Origin: an uncultured Actinomycetes bacterium
GTDB lineage: Bacteria; Actinomycetota; Actinomycetes; Streptosporangiales; Streptosporangiaceae
Assembly: GCA_963742875.1 (NCBI GenBank)
Contig: CAVUNO010000007.1
Span: 65,116-129,115 of the forward strand
Length of the DNA stretch: 64,000 bases
Direction: 5' to 3'
In this document: positions 26,633-37,191 of the stretch, piece by piece
Layout: the number at the start of each line of letters is the position of its first letter
How positions within the stretch are numbered: the stretch's first letter is position 1
Made by a program: the position numbers and the translations under genes
Notes under the pieces: model-generated
The model's input: the letters and a program-made list of their open reading frames with translations, nothing else
What the model was told of the DNA's origin: nothing
Database searches by the model: none

Positions 26633-27502
26633 ATGGAGACGGCGTCCCTGACAGCGATCGACGTTCACGTGCACGTCGAGGGAGACGGGCACGGGCACTA
26701 CTCGATGGACGACGAACTGCTCAGCGCGTCGGCCAAGTACTTCAAGACGGGGGACGAGCGCACCCCGGCGGTCGAGCACATCGCCGCGTTCTACCGGGAA
26801 CGGCAGATGGCTGCGGTCGTCTTCACCGTGGATGCGACGACGGCCACCGGTCATCCGGCGCTGTCCAGCGAGGAGATCGCCGACCGCGCGGCCGGGCACG
26901 CCGATGTGCTGATCCCGTTCGGCTCGGTGGATCCCCTGGTCCCGGACGAGGCGGTGCGCCGCGCGCGGCGGCTGGTGGCCGAGCACGGGGTCCGCGGGTT
27001 CAAGTTCCACCCGAGCTTGCAGGGGTTCACCCCGAACGATCCCGCCGTGTACCCGCTGTACGGGGCGATCGGGGAGCTGGGCGTGCCGGCGGTCTTCCAC
27101 ACCGGCCAGACAGGCATCGGAGCCGGGCTGCCAGGGGGCCGGGGCATCAAGCTGCGGCTGTCCGACCCCATGCTGATCGACGACGTCGCGGCCGACTTCC
27201 CGGGGCTGACGGTGATCCTCGCGCACCCGTCGGTGCCGTGGCAGGACTCCGCGATTTCGATCGCCACCCACAAGGCCAACGTGTACATCGACCTGTCCGG
27301 CTGGTCGCCGAAGTACTTCGCACCGCAACTGGTCCGCGCCATGAACTCGCTGCTGCAGGACAAGGTGCTGTTCGGCACCGACTATCCGCTGCTGACGCCG
27401 GAACGGTGGCTCCGCGACTTCGACAAGCTGGACATTAAACCGGACGTCCGTCCCAAGATCCTCAAGCAGAACGCCATCCGCCTGCTCGGCCTGGACGGCT
27501 GA
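26633..27502 (+). CDS. amidohydrolase-2 family metal-dependent hydrolase (TIM barrel)
   Basis: IDVHVHVE...GFKFHP...FHTG...LAHP...GTDYPL is the metal-ligand pattern. The ATG at 26633 follows GGAG. Confidence 0.8.
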   Translation: METASLTAIDVHVHVEGDGHGHYSMDDELLSASAKYFKTGDERTPAVEHIAAFYRERQMAAVVFTVDATTATGHPALSSEEIADRAAGHADVLIPFGSVDPLVPDEAVRRARRLVAEHGVRGFKFHPSLQGFTPNDPAVYPLYGAIGELGVPAVFHTGQTGIGAGLPGGRGIKLRLSDPMLIDDVAADFPGLTVILAHPSVPWQDSAISIATHKANVYIDLSGWSPKYFAPQLVRAMNSLLQDKVLFGTDYPLLTPERWLRDFDKLDIKPDVRPKILKQNAIRLLGLDG

Positions 27503-28215
27503 CGCCTGTGCCCGCTCAGCCCGACCACCGTGGGCGCGGGGCAGGTCCCTGGCTCTGCCGCTTCGTGCCATTCACCGTGAAGAACGCCACTGCGCGAGGG
27601 TATACGCCGTGTTGGCGGCGCTAACGGCGGCCGGAATCACCGCACGGAAGAAAGTCGAAGCTCACGGGCTCGAGACCGTGGACAGCCTTGCCGGCTGAGC
27701 CCGTGCCTGATGTCATGAGGCGACCGCGAGACCGCCACTCCGGCGCCGGCGCCTGAGGTCCAATGATCACCCGTTAGCTGTCCGGTGCTAAGAAACAACC
27801 CGGTCCCGAATCGGCCTGCGAAGCGGACTCCAAGGCGGTTCCTTCACCGCCTTTCCCGACGGCACCAGGATCAGCAGCGGCTGGCCCTGGATCCACCGGC
27901 CCATACCCATCGCCCTTGCCGGGGTTGCCGCAGGAAATACCGGATTCCCGGCGGCAACCCCATCGCCGGGTGCCTGCGGCGGCACCGGGGCCCGCCGCGG
28001 CCCGCGGGCGCCACCTGCGGCATCATCTGCTGGCGTGGCCAGCGTGACAATTTTTTAGGAGTTTTGTTAGCACTTCCAGGGCTGGCCGAATTACCCGGGC
28101 CGAAATAACGAGGAAAAATGCCCGGCTCAATTGAGGAATTCGGCTCTGCGGCCACCGCGACAACTCACGGAGAGTGGTGATCAGGTAACCGGAGAAAACG
28201 GAAGAAGGAAGAGCC

Positions 28216-29271
28216 ATGATTGTCAGGAGGAAGCCCAGGAGCACCGTCACCGCCCTGCGCGCGCCACCGGCATCCCGGATGCGGTCCGGCCGGGCCCGCG
28301 CCGTCCGGGCCGCTGCCTTTGCCGCCGGCGGCCTCGCCACGGTGGGCCTGGTGCTCACTGGGGTCTTCGCGTCGGGGGCATCGGCGGGCACCCACCTGCC
28401 CTGGACCAGCGGGGTCTACCTGCCGAACGCCAGCCCGGCGTCCGTCGCCGGCTTTGGTGCGTGGCGCGGAGCCCCGGTGAACGTCGCCACCGTCTGGCCG
28501 AACCGCAGCAGCTGGAATGACGTCGTGGATCCGGCATGGCTCTACCAGCTCTGGAGGGGAGCACCGGAAACAGTGGCCTTCACCGAGGCGATGCTGCCCG
28601 AGGGCGTCCGGGGAGTGTCCATCCAGGCGTGCGCGGCCGGCTCCTACGATTCCCACTGGCGCCAGTTCGGCACCAACATCTCCGCCTACGGCCTCGGCCG
28701 CTCGATCATCCGGCTGGGCTGGGAATTCAACGGGAACTGGTACATCTGGCGGGCCAGCGACCCCGCGTCCTGGGTGAGGTGCTGGCGGCAGATCGTCACC
28801 TCGGCACGGGCCACCGCGCCGGGCCTGCAATGGGACTGGAACGTCAACCGCGGCGTGTCAGCCGGGCTGGCCGATCCCGCCCTGGCCTACCCCGGAAACG
28901 CCTACGTGGACACGATCGGGGTCGACAGCTACGACATGTGGCCTAGCGCGACCACCAGCGCGGGCTGGAGCCAGCAGCTCAATCGGACGCAGGGACTGCA
29001 GGGACTGATGTACTGGCTCAACTTCGCGAAGGCGCACGGCAAGAAGTTCGCGGTGCCCGAGTGGGGTAACGTCATGCCCGGCACTGTAGCGAAGGGGAAC
29101 CACGCGGGCGGGGACGACCCGGCGTACGTGAACGACATGCTCGGGTTCTTCGGGGCCCACTCCGCCAGCCTCGCCTGGGAGTCCAACTTCCAGGGCACCA
29201 TCACCCACGGGGCCTACCGGGCGGGCTCACAGGTGCCCAAGGCCTCAGCGGCCTACCGGGCGGGATTCTGA
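28216..29271 (+). CDS. secreted clan GH-A glycoside hydrolase, GH26/mannanase-like
   Basis: Arg-rich signal peptide ending ASGASA. RLGWEFNGNWYIW and FAVPEWG are catalytic-region-like motifs. A GGAAGAAGGAAG-type SD precedes the ATG. Confidence 0.6.
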   Translation: MIVRRKPRSTVTALRAPPASRMRSGRARAVRAAAFAAGGLATVGLVLTGVFASGASAGTHLPWTSGVYLPNASPASVAGFGAWRGAPVNVATVWPNRSSWNDVVDPAWLYQLWRGAPETVAFTEAMLPEGVRGVSIQACAAGSYDSHWRQFGTNISAYGLGRSIIRLGWEFNGNWYIWRASDPASWVRCWRQIVTSARATAPGLQWDWNVNRGVSAGLADPALAYPGNAYVDTIGVDSYDMWPSATTSAGWSQQLNRTQGLQGLMYWLNFAKAHGKKFAVPEWGNVMPGTVAKGNHAGGDDPAYVNDMLGFFGAHSASLAWESNFQGTITHGAYRAGSQVPKASAAYRAGF

Positions 29272-29337
29272 TCTGCCCGGCACCCAGCCGGGGGCACGGC
29301 CACCGCCCAAGCCCCGGGCTGACCGGAAAGCCCCGGG

Positions 29338-29376
29338 CTGGGCGGGCAGGCGGCCCCTGTTCGGCTGCCCGCCCAG
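29338..29376 (+). terminator. candidate intrinsic terminator hairpin after the glycoside hydrolase gene
   Basis: Perfect 12-bp stem, CTGGGCGGGCAG (29338-29349) with CTGCCCGCCCAG (29365-29376), and a 15-nt loop. There is no U-tract. Confidence 0.4.
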
Positions 29377-29572
29377 CCCATGCGCCCGCCCGGCAAGACC
29401 TCAGTATCGCCGGTCGCGGCGGGCCACGACGAGGCCGTGTAATTCCGCAGCGGTGCCGGCCCGGGGAGGCGGGCTTCCCCGGGCCGGCACCGGCCGAGGG
29501 TAAGCACTTCCCGGGCCTGCGGTGAGCCGCCGGTGAAAGTCGCCGGGGTGGAGCGGTACCGGGCTCCGGGCG

Positions 29573-30211
29573 GTGGCCGGGCGCCCGGTAATGTCAGCCC
29601 GGCGGACGATAATGGGCGCCGTGGACAACAGTCACTACAGTCTGGTCATCGCGGCTGCTCAGGCTGCGGGACCGTGTCCTGTGGGTGAAGAGGCGGCCTG
29701 GGGCCGCCGGGTGCACGGCCTGACCGTGGACCTTCACCTGATTGCCCAGCAGGCGAGGCAGGACATCGAGCGGCTGGAGTCAGCACGGACCTTCATCGCC
29801 TTCCTGGAGAAGGTTGAGATCGAGGAATCGAGCCGCCGCGGGCTGCTCACGTTGCGCCTGCCGTCGGGCGAGAGCGAGCCGATCCGCACCGAGCAGAAGG
29901 ACACCGACCGCGGACGGGCGCTGATCGACCGGGCCCGTTCCCTGGAAGGACGCTGGGTGCTGGTCTACCGGTACAACGAGCGGAAGACGGGGCAGCGGAA
30001 CCAGTCGGTCCGGATGCTGGCGCACCTGATGGATCTCGGCGCGGACGGGACCGTGCCCAGCACCACGGCGAAGAAGATAGTGCTGCAAGAGGCGGGTGGG
30101 GACACGGCACGCGCGCAGGAGGCGTGGCTGTCCGCGGGCCTGCCGGGAACCGGCCTAATCAGCGTCGACCAGATGGAGCAAGCCCGCGCTGCCGCACGAA
30201 AGGCCAGGTAA
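29573..30211 (+). CDS. hypothetical protein
   Basis: 212-aa ORF with a balanced, protein-like composition (IAFLEKVEIEESSRRGLLTLRLPSGESEPIRTEQKD...WVLVYRYNERKTGQRNQSVRMLAHLMDLG). I recognise no family. The start may be internal. Confidence 0.4.
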   Translation: MAGRPVMSARRTIMGAVDNSHYSLVIAAAQAAGPCPVGEEAAWGRRVHGLTVDLHLIAQQARQDIERLESARTFIAFLEKVEIEESSRRGLLTLRLPSGESEPIRTEQKDTDRGRALIDRARSLEGRWVLVYRYNERKTGQRNQSVRMLAHLMDLGADGTVPSTTAKKIVLQEAGGDTARAQEAWLSAGLPGTGLISVDQMEQARAAARKAR

Positions 30212-30253
30212 GCCGGAGGGCGGGGCGGGTCGCTCCCCTTATTGCCCAAAGGC

Positions 30254-30423
30254 TGATAACAGCAAGAAGCGCCCCCGGCCGAAAACGGGCCGCGCCACTG
30301 GTGCCGGGGGGACCGGGGCGTATCAATCCGGTCCGGCCCGGTCCGTTCCGGGACCGGCACGGCCCAGAGCTCGCCGGGGCGGTGGGGCGAGCCGATTCGG
30401 GTCCCTGCTTCTTGCTGTTATCA
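30254..30423. repeat. 17-bp perfect inverted repeat pair flanking a 136-bp GC-rich core
   Basis: TGATAACAGCAAGAAGC (30254-30270) and GCTTCTTGCTGTTATCA (30407-30423). The pair sits immediately upstream of the integrase-like gene. Confidence 0.85.
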
Positions 30424-30446
30424 TGATGATCATATAGTTTTCACGC

Positions 30447-31296
30447 ATGGCAGTCCCGGACACCCGCTCGCCGGCCGGCAGCGCCGTCGACGACTTCATC
30501 CGCGATCTGGCCAACCGCCAGTTCAGCAGCACAACCCGGCGGAATCCGCCGGCATTTCCTCGACGAGTACCTGCAGCACGCCCAGCAGGCCGCCGGCACC
30601 ATCCAGATCACGGCCGGCGAGCTCATGGACCCCGCGCAGGCCGGCGCATGGCTGTCCGATGCGGCCGCAGGCAAGATCCGCACCCGCAACACCCTCTACG
30701 GTCCCGATGCCGCCGCGTATCTCAACTCAATGCGCGTGCGCATCGACTCCTACAACGCCTTCGCTGAATTCCTCGGCCTGCCCGACCGCCATCACAGCCC
30801 GCCGCCCGCCCGCGGCTTCCACCTCACCCCCGCCGACACTGAGCGGGTCCTGCACGACCTGACCGTCCGCAGGCCCATCCACGCCAACGCCGCCACATCG
30901 CTGCGCACCGCCGCCCTGGCCGCGCTCGTCGCCGACACCGGCCGGGGCGTCCCCGAACTGGCCCGCCTCAATGTCAGCGCCCTGCACCTGGACGGCGACG
31001 CGAGCGTCGAAGTCACCGACGGCTCATGCCCGCTCGGCGCCGCGGCCGTGCAGATCCTCACCCGTTGGCTCAGGGCCCGGGCGGCGATCATCGCCGAGCT
31101 TGACGGCAGCGACCCCGGCCACCTGTGGATCCCGACCAAGCCCGGCCGGCCCCGGGGGGGCCGCCCGCCCGTCAAGCCCGGCCTCACCCGCGCGGCCGTC
31201 CGCACCCTCCATGCCGCCCACCGGACCCTCGTCAGCCAGCTGCTCGGCACCCCGCTCCGCCCAGGCGCCCTCCGCGATCACGGTGCCGCACCGTGA
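30447..31296 (+). pseudogene. tyrosine-recombinase/integrase-like protein, frameshifted near 30538-30546
   Basis: ORF 30447.. (AVDDFIRDLANRQFSSTTRR) continues in the frame of ORF 30625..31296 (IRRHFLDEYLQHA...LRTAALAALVADTGRGVPELARLNVSALHLDG). The resemblance to SAM-like plus catalytic-domain R-box regions is weak. Confidence 0.35.
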
Positions 31297-31485
31297 GCTG
31301 GCGCCGGGGGAGCGGACGCCGTGAGCGGCCGGGCCGCCGGCCACGGAACGTGACCGGCCCGGCCGGCACGGCGGGTGACGGGTCCGCGCGGAACGCCGAG
31401 CCCTCGCCCGGCGCCACGGCCGGAAGAGACGGTGATCTCTCCCGCAGCACCGCCGCCCGCAGCCGCCGGCTGAGCTCCACCGCGC

Positions 31486-31954
31486 TCAGCCGCTGGCGTC
31501 GCCGGCTTTGTGAGCCCGCAGTTGCCCGGCGGGTCGCTCCATGGCGCGCTTGTTGCCGCGGCGGACCACGGCACGGGCTAACGGCGCGGCGAGAGCCTCG
31601 CTGCGCGGCACTGGCAGCCAGGCGGATTCGAAGGTGACCCGGGTTCCCCCGCCCGGAAGCTCGGCCAGCGTGCAGGTCCCGGTCAGGACGCGGCCGCTCG
31701 CGCCGACGTTGCGCTCCACGGTCCGCGTCGGCCGCTCGGCTTCGATGACCTCCATGTCAATCGTGTCGGTGGTGCGGCCGGCGAGCGGCCGCCGTTAGCT
31801 TGGCCCTCGCGCCGACGCCCCGCGCCGGCCCCCCGTACCGCCAGTCGCGCATCATGTGGTCGGTGAAGAGCTCGTGGTTGGCGAGCACGTCGAGGAAGTC
31901 GTAGACATCCTCCCGTGCCTGGGGAACGTCGATACTCACCCGCACCGGCTTCAT
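31486..31954 (-). pseudogene. SRPBCC-family protein, frameshifted near 31765-31795
   Basis: MKPVRVSIDVPQAREDVYDFLDVLANHELFTDHMM... (frame of ORF 31757..32263) continues as ...DTIDMEVIEAERPTRTVERNVG...TRVTFESAW in ORF 31486..31755. Confidence 0.6.
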
Positions 31955-32725
31955 GTACCAAACGGTACAGTCGGCCCCGCCTGGGGAGCGGCCAGCCTTC
32001 CGGCGAGCGCCTGGGAGCACGCAGCATCCACCCGGGGCCTTGATCCTGCCCACCGGATCCTGCCCACCGGGCGCTAGCTCATAACCTGGCCAGTCACGCG
32101 CATGCCGCCGGCTGAGCCGCTCCGGCCTTCTTGCCGCCAGACACCGCCGCGACCTGGCGGGCCATCGCGCCACTCGTCCCGCCTGGCGCATACCCAGGCG
32201 GAGACCACAGACTGCCCCTGGCGGGTCACGCCAGCAGCAGCCCAGCATCGTAACGCTCGACATAGGCCGTCGGCCTTGCCCAAATGGGGATTTGACTTTA
32301 CATAATGTCCATTATCGGCGCTGGTGGCGGACACGGGATCTGCCTTCGGTCCTGGCCGGCGGGGCAATTAACCACGCGACTGTCCCCGGGACGGCTCGAG
32401 GACGTCGCCCGCACGGCAATGAGGGTTGGTACAGCCCGGCGTACATGTCCCGGCGCGACCCGCCCGGGCCTGGCACCCGGCCGCGTCCCGGCCAGGCTGC
32501 TGAAGCGCCGCGGCTGAAGCGGCCAGAGGCCGCTGGCCGTTTCTCCGCTCGCGGTCGCGTTCAACCGTCGTCGGCTTTGCCGCAAGACTGCAGTTGGTGG
32601 CGGTAAGTGCCGCGATGAGTGACTCCAGGCGAGGCTCGGCATTTGCGCGATATGCTCCCGGTGATGCGAAGCGTCTCGGGGGCACGAGGTGGCAGGCGCC
32701 GGTGCCGGGCTGAGGAGGTGCGACG

Positions 32726-33556
32726 ATGACTGGTGATTTCTTCCGGAGCGTGCTACCGGAGAACGAAGACGAAGCCGACCTGCCCGACATCGACACCAGC
32801 GTGGCGCACATCGCCCGCGTCTACGATTACTGGCTGGGCGGTAAGGACCATTTCGCAGCCGACCGGGAAGTCGGCGACAAGGTGCTGGAGATCCACCCGG
32901 AGACCGTCTTGTCGGTGCGGGCCAACCGGGCGTTCCTGGCCCGCGCGGTCCGCTACCTCGCAGCGCAGGGCATCCGGCAGTTCCTCGACGTCGGCACTGG
33001 CCTGCCGACGGTCGACAACACCCACGAGGTGGCGCAGGCCGCGGCCCCCACCTCCCGCGTGGTGTACGTCGACAATGACCCGATCGTGCTGACCCACGCC
33101 CGCGCCCTGCTGGCCAGCCGCCCGGAAGGCGCCACCGCCTACATCGACGCCGACGTCCGTGACGTGGACACGGTTCTGGTGGGCGCCCGGGAGCTGCTGG
33201 ACTTCAGCCAGCCGATCGGCGTCATGCTGGTCGCACTGCTGCATATGCTCGGCGACGAAGATGATCCCTGGGGGCTCGTAGCCCGGTATATGGCGGCGGT
33301 GCCGCCGGGGAGCTACCTGGTGCTTTCGCATCTGGCCAGCGACGTTCAGGCCGAGACGATGGCCGAGATGGGCCGCCGCATCAACGAGTTGATGCCCGAG
33401 CACGTGCACATGCGGACCAGGGAGCAGGTCACTGCGTTTTTCGGCGGGATGCCGCTAGACGAGCCAGGAGTGGTCCTCACCCACCAGTGGCGGCCGGACC
33501 TGGGAGCCGCCGGCGCCGGAGGCGTCTTGTGGGCCGGCGTCGCGCGCAAGCCCTGA
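32726..33556 (+). CDS. SAM-dependent methyltransferase (actinobacterial DUF574-type)
   Basis: IARVYDYWLGGKDHFAADREVG...FLDVGTGLPT...VVYVDNDPIVLTHARALL is a characteristic family text. Confidence 0.85.
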   Translation: MTGDFFRSVLPENEDEADLPDIDTSVAHIARVYDYWLGGKDHFAADREVGDKVLEIHPETVLSVRANRAFLARAVRYLAAQGIRQFLDVGTGLPTVDNTHEVAQAAAPTSRVVYVDNDPIVLTHARALLASRPEGATAYIDADVRDVDTVLVGARELLDFSQPIGVMLVALLHMLGDEDDPWGLVARYMAAVPPGSYLVLSHLASDVQAETMAEMGRRINELMPEHVHMRTREQVTAFFGGMPLDEPGVVLTHQWRPDLGAAGAGGVLWAGVARKP

Positions 33557-33593
33557 GCAAGCATCGTCTACCCGGGTTAGGGGAAGATACCCG

Positions 33594-33878
33594 TCAGATG
33601 TAAAACCCTATCTTTGTTTGCGTGCCTGCTTTCGGAGTCTGCACCACTCCTCGAGGTTGTCGAGCTCGTTGCCGCGGTGGGCGCGGTGCTGCTGCGTCCA
33701 GGTTTCGTCGTGCAGGGGGATCGACCGTCATGACCACGTTCGTGCGGTCACCGGCGGGCCCGATGTCGATGGTCGTCAGGTGCTCATACGGCTCGTGGTC
33801 GGGCACGAAGTCGATCAGTGACAGAAACGATAGAACCGGGAGATCTGAGTGCGGCCACCCGCGCGAGCGGCACAGCAC
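33594..33878 (-). pseudogene. SRPBCC/Aha1-like fragment, 5'-truncated and frameshifted at a C5/G5 run (33715-33719)
   Basis: ...EHLTTIDIGPAGDRTNVVMTVDP continues in another frame as LHDETWTQQHRAHRGNELDNLEEW...* with the stop at 33608. Confidence 0.5.
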
Positions 33879-34040
33879 TCAACCGCGCAGACTCGGCAGG
33901 GCCGAAGCGTCCGCTGAAGGATCGGTGAGCGGGTCACCTGGCTACTTGGCACTGGTGTCGCGACGGAAGGCTTGCGAAGGGCGCGGTGGCCGGTGGGGCC
34001 GAGTTGGGCGAGTTCGTGGTCGATGTCTGCCGCCCGCCGC

Positions 34041-35186
34041 TCAACTGCGCACCTCCAGGTTGAGCCGTGCGGCCTGTCGCGTGAGGTGGTCGCGTTCGGG
34101 GAGGTTGGGCGCTGATCGGGCGGCTTTGGCGTAGAGCCGTGCTGCGGTGACTGGGGCACCGTCACGCTCGTGTAGGTACGCCGCGACGGCGGCGTGGCGG
34201 GGCAGGGCGGGGTCGAGCCCCGCCAGGGCGGCCAGGCCGGCCCGCGGGCCGTCGGCCTCGCCGACCGCGACGGCCCGGTTGAGGCGGGCCACCGGGCTGT
34301 CGGTGAGGCGCACCAGTTCGTCGTACCACTCGACGATCTGCACCCAGTCGGTCTCCTCGGCCGCGCGGGCGTCGGCGTGGAGCGCGGCGATGGCGGCTTG
34401 GGCCTGGAACTCGCCCAGGCGGTCGCGAGTGAGGGCTGTCTGGAGCACGTCGACGCCCTCGGCGATCAGGCGGGTGTTCCACAGGCTGCGGTCCTGCTCG
34501 GCAAGAGGCACGAGCCTGCCGTCGGGGCCGGTCCGTGCCGGGCGCCGTGCGTGGTGGAGCAGCATGAGCGCGAGCAGGCCCGCGACCTCCTCATGGTTGG
34601 TCTTGGCCGCCAGCTGGCGAGTGAGCCGGATCGCCTCGCCGCCGAGGTCGACGTCGCCGGAGTAGCCCTCGTTGAAGACCAGGTAGAGCACGCGCAGCAC
34701 CGTGGCGGCGTCACCGGGCTGGTTGAACCGGACACCCGAGACGGTCCGCTTGGCCCTGCTGATCCGCTGGGCCATGGTCGCCTCCGGCACGAGGTAGGCC
34801 TGCGCGATCTGACGCGTGGTCAGGCCGCCGACCGCGCGCAGCGTGAGCGCGACGGCCGAAGCCGGTGCCAGCGACGGGTGCGCGCACAGGAAGTACAGCT
34901 GGAGCGTGTCGTCCGCCGCCTCGCCCGGGCCGGGCATGGGCTCGCCCTCGACGCGTACCTCGCGGTGCCGTCGGGAGGTATCGGCGCGGGCGGCGTCGAG
35001 GAACTTGCGCCAGGCCACGGTGACCAGCCAGCCCTTGGGGTCCCGCGACGGGCCGTCCGGCCACGCGCGCACGGCCTCGACCAGGGCGTCCTGCACGGCA
35101 TCCTCGGCCGCCGCGAAGTCGGCTCCGCGACGGACGAGGATGCTAATTACGGTGGGGGTGAGGGTCCGCAGCAGGGCCTCGTCCAC
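34041..35186 (-). CDS. ECF-type RNA polymerase sigma factor with extended helical C-terminal domain
   Basis: Region 2 (AEDAVQDALVEAVRAWP...GWLVTVAWRKFLD) and region 4 (LTLRAVGGLTTRQIAQAYLVPEATMAQRISRAKR), plus a roughly 200-aa C-terminal extension. It is paired with a YciI gene, as is usual for this subgroup. Confidence 0.85.
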   Translation of the reverse strand: MDEALLRTLTPTVISILVRRGADFAAAEDAVQDALVEAVRAWPDGPSRDPKGWLVTVAWRKFLDAARADTSRRHREVRVEGEPMPGPGEAADDTLQLYFLCAHPSLAPASAVALTLRAVGGLTTRQIAQAYLVPEATMAQRISRAKRTVSGVRFNQPGDAATVLRVLYLVFNEGYSGDVDLGGEAIRLTRQLAAKTNHEEVAGLLALMLLHHARRPARTGPDGRLVPLAEQDRSLWNTRLIAEGVDVLQTALTRDRLGEFQAQAAIAALHADARAAEETDWVQIVEWYDELVRLTDSPVARLNRAVAVGEADGPRAGLAALAGLDPALPRHAAVAAYLHERDGAPVTAARLYAKAARSAPNLPERDHLTRQAARLNLEVRS

Positions 35187-35192
35187 CGTGCG

Positions 35193-35600
35193 TCACTCCG
35201 TGATGGTCGGGGGCGCGGCCAGGAACGGGCGCACCTCGAGCCACTCGTGGATCGGCTTCCCGCCCGCACCCGGAGCCGCGGACAACTCCCCGGCCAGCTC
35301 GAGCGCCCGCTCGTAGGCCTCGACGTCGATCACCATCCAGCCGGCGATCAGGTCCTTGGTCTCCGCGAACGGGCCGTCGGTGACCGGCGGCCGCCCCTCG
35401 CCGTCGTAGCGGACGAACGCGCCCTCCGGGGAGAGCGCCTGACTGTCGACGAACTCGCCGGTGCCCTCGAGCCGAGCGGCGAAGTCCTGCATGTACTGCA
35501 GGTGGGCCGAAAGCTCCGCCGGCGTCCATTGGTCCATCGGCACGTCGTTGACCGGTGCCGGCGCGCCCCGGTAGTGCTTGAGCAGCAGGTACTTGGTCAT
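35193..35600 (-). CDS. YciI-family protein
   Basis: MTKYLLLKHYRG...VTDGPFAETKDLIAGWMVIDV. An AAGGAGA SD lies 5 nt upstream of the ATG at 35600. Confidence 0.85.
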   Translation of the reverse strand: MTKYLLLKHYRGAPAPVNDVPMDQWTPAELSAHLQYMQDFAARLEGTGEFVDSQALSPEGAFVRYDGEGRPPVTDGPFAETKDLIAGWMVIDVEAYERALELAGELSAAPGAGGKPIHEWLEVRPFLAAPPTITE

Positions 35601-35828
35601 GATGTTCTCCTTAGTGCGGTACGGCCCATTGTGGCCGTGTTCACCCCGGGGACGAAGCCACGCGCGGGTTCTCGACATCCCACCGCGACATTTCCTGGCG
35701 GATTTCAAAGACTCCGCGCACTCCGAGGCGCCACAGATGGGCACAGGGAGCCGCTTCCCGTCCCTGCAGTGCACCAATGGCCAGCAATAGGTGACGATCC
35801 CAACCACCAGGGAGCCTCGCGGCGCTGG

Positions 35829-36022
35829 ATCATGACCGCGGTCGAGAACTCGCTGCGCCGCCTGCAGACCGACTACATCGACCTCTACCGCGTCCGCGAG
35901 GCCAGCAGACCGACCTGCGCCGAGCGCACATTTTCAGGCACCTCAACGACGAGCGCCGGATCGACGCCGTTGAGCAGCTCATCCTGCGCCGCCTGCCCGC
36001 CGGTGAGCGCACCGCCGCCTGA
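35829..36022 (+). pseudogene. aldo/keto reductase relic (internal piece only)
   Basis: IMTAVENSLRRLQTDYIDLYRV is the AKR signature segment. There is no N-terminal part, and downstream similarity is lost or frame-shifted. Confidence 0.45.
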
Positions 36023-36072
36023 CCGCAGCTCGTCACCAGCGCGCTGAACGACATGCGTGTCGTGCGTGGCTG

Positions 36073-36330
36073 GCCGGCTTGCTCGCGTAGCAGCCGCGGG
36101 TCAAGCTCGTACCCGGCGAGCAGGAACAGGAATCCCAGCCCGACGTTGGCGAGCAGCTTGATGCTGGCGGTGTCGGCCAGGCCCAGCCCGTGCGGACCGA
36201 TCAGGATGCCGGCGAAGATCAGGACAACCACCTGGGGAATGCGCGGCCCCGGAAGCGCGGCCACGACGATCGGCGCCAGCGCCGCCACCAGCGCCACCAC
36301 CAGCAGCGTTTCCAGGCCTTTCGCGTCCAT
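36073..36330 (-). pseudogene. cation:proton antiporter (CPA2/Kef-like) N-terminal fragment
   Basis: MDAKGLETLLVVALVAALAPIVVAALPGPRIPQVVVLIFAGILIGPHGLGL...LLANVGLGFLFLLAGYELD. Only about 86 aa are family-like. Confidence 0.55.
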
Positions 36331-36807
36331 CCCCGCGCCCCCTCAGCCTCATGGCGTCCGCGCGCGGCCCGGCAGCAACCGCCGCCTGCCAGCCGGCTCC
36401 CCCAGCACGCACCCGGCAGGCCCGGAGAGTTGCTGTCCCAGTTGGATCAGTTTCAGGTCATGGCCGGCAATTGTCACCTCCCAGGCCACAGTGATGGTGG
36501 CTCTGTGAGACGGACCTGGCTCTCTGGCCCCTTCAAGAGATAAAACATGCCGAAAGGGAAAGCAAGAGCGTCGCTATCCGCGGGCGGCAGCCGAAGAGTT
36601 ACCCAGCCTGCCAGCCGCGGCAACCTGCATGTTCAGACCGCCGCTGCCGTTCCTCTGCCGCTCGTCACGGTGGCGGAGCGCGAGGTCTGCGTCGCCTCCG
36701 CCGGTTCCCCGGAAAAATTCACGTCGGAATTCACTTTGATCTCCACCACATTGCTTATGACGCGACGGGCTCCATTGCTCAGGACGCGACGGGTTGCCGA
36801 CCGAAGG

Positions 36808-37191
36808 TCATCTCCCCGGTACTGCCGGGTCCGCAGCAGCGGCCCCGGGCCGGGGAGCGGGGGCGTCCAGCGCGCGCTGCAGCCGGGCCAGCTTGCTGTC
36901 CCAGTCCTGGGCCAGCGCGGCGAGGTAGGACTGGGCGATCGCCATCGGTGCCGCGTTGACGCGGAAGCGGATCCGGCGCCGCTCGCCAGGCTCGGCGAGT
37001 ACGAGGCCCGCAGCGGTGAGCAGCTCGAGGTGCTTGGTGATCGCCTGCCGCGAGATCGGCAGCAAGCCCGCCAGGTCGGTCGCCGTCGCCGGGCCGCGGG
37101 CAGCGAGGGCGCTGAGGATGCTGCGCCGGGACGGCTCGGCGAGCGCGGCGAAGACCGCCTCCGCGACTGCCTCCGGGTCAGGCCGCGGCAT
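36808..37191 (-). CDS. ArsR/SmtB-family transcriptional regulator
   Basis: FAALAEPSRRSILSALAARGPATATDLAGLLPISRQAITKHLELLTAAGLV is a winged HTH. Confidence 0.85.
   Translation of the reverse strand: MPRPDPEAVAEAVFAALAEPSRRSILSALAARGPATATDLAGLLPISRQAITKHLELLTAAGLVLAEPGERRRIRFRVNAAPMAIAQSYLAALAQDWDSKLARLQRALDAPAPRPGAAAADPAVPGR

Noticed and set aside
34194-36047. 617-aa plus-strand ORF
   Set aside because: It is antisense to the ECF sigma factor and YciI genes. Only its last 70 or so codons contain anything protein-like, namely the AKR relic, which is reported separately.
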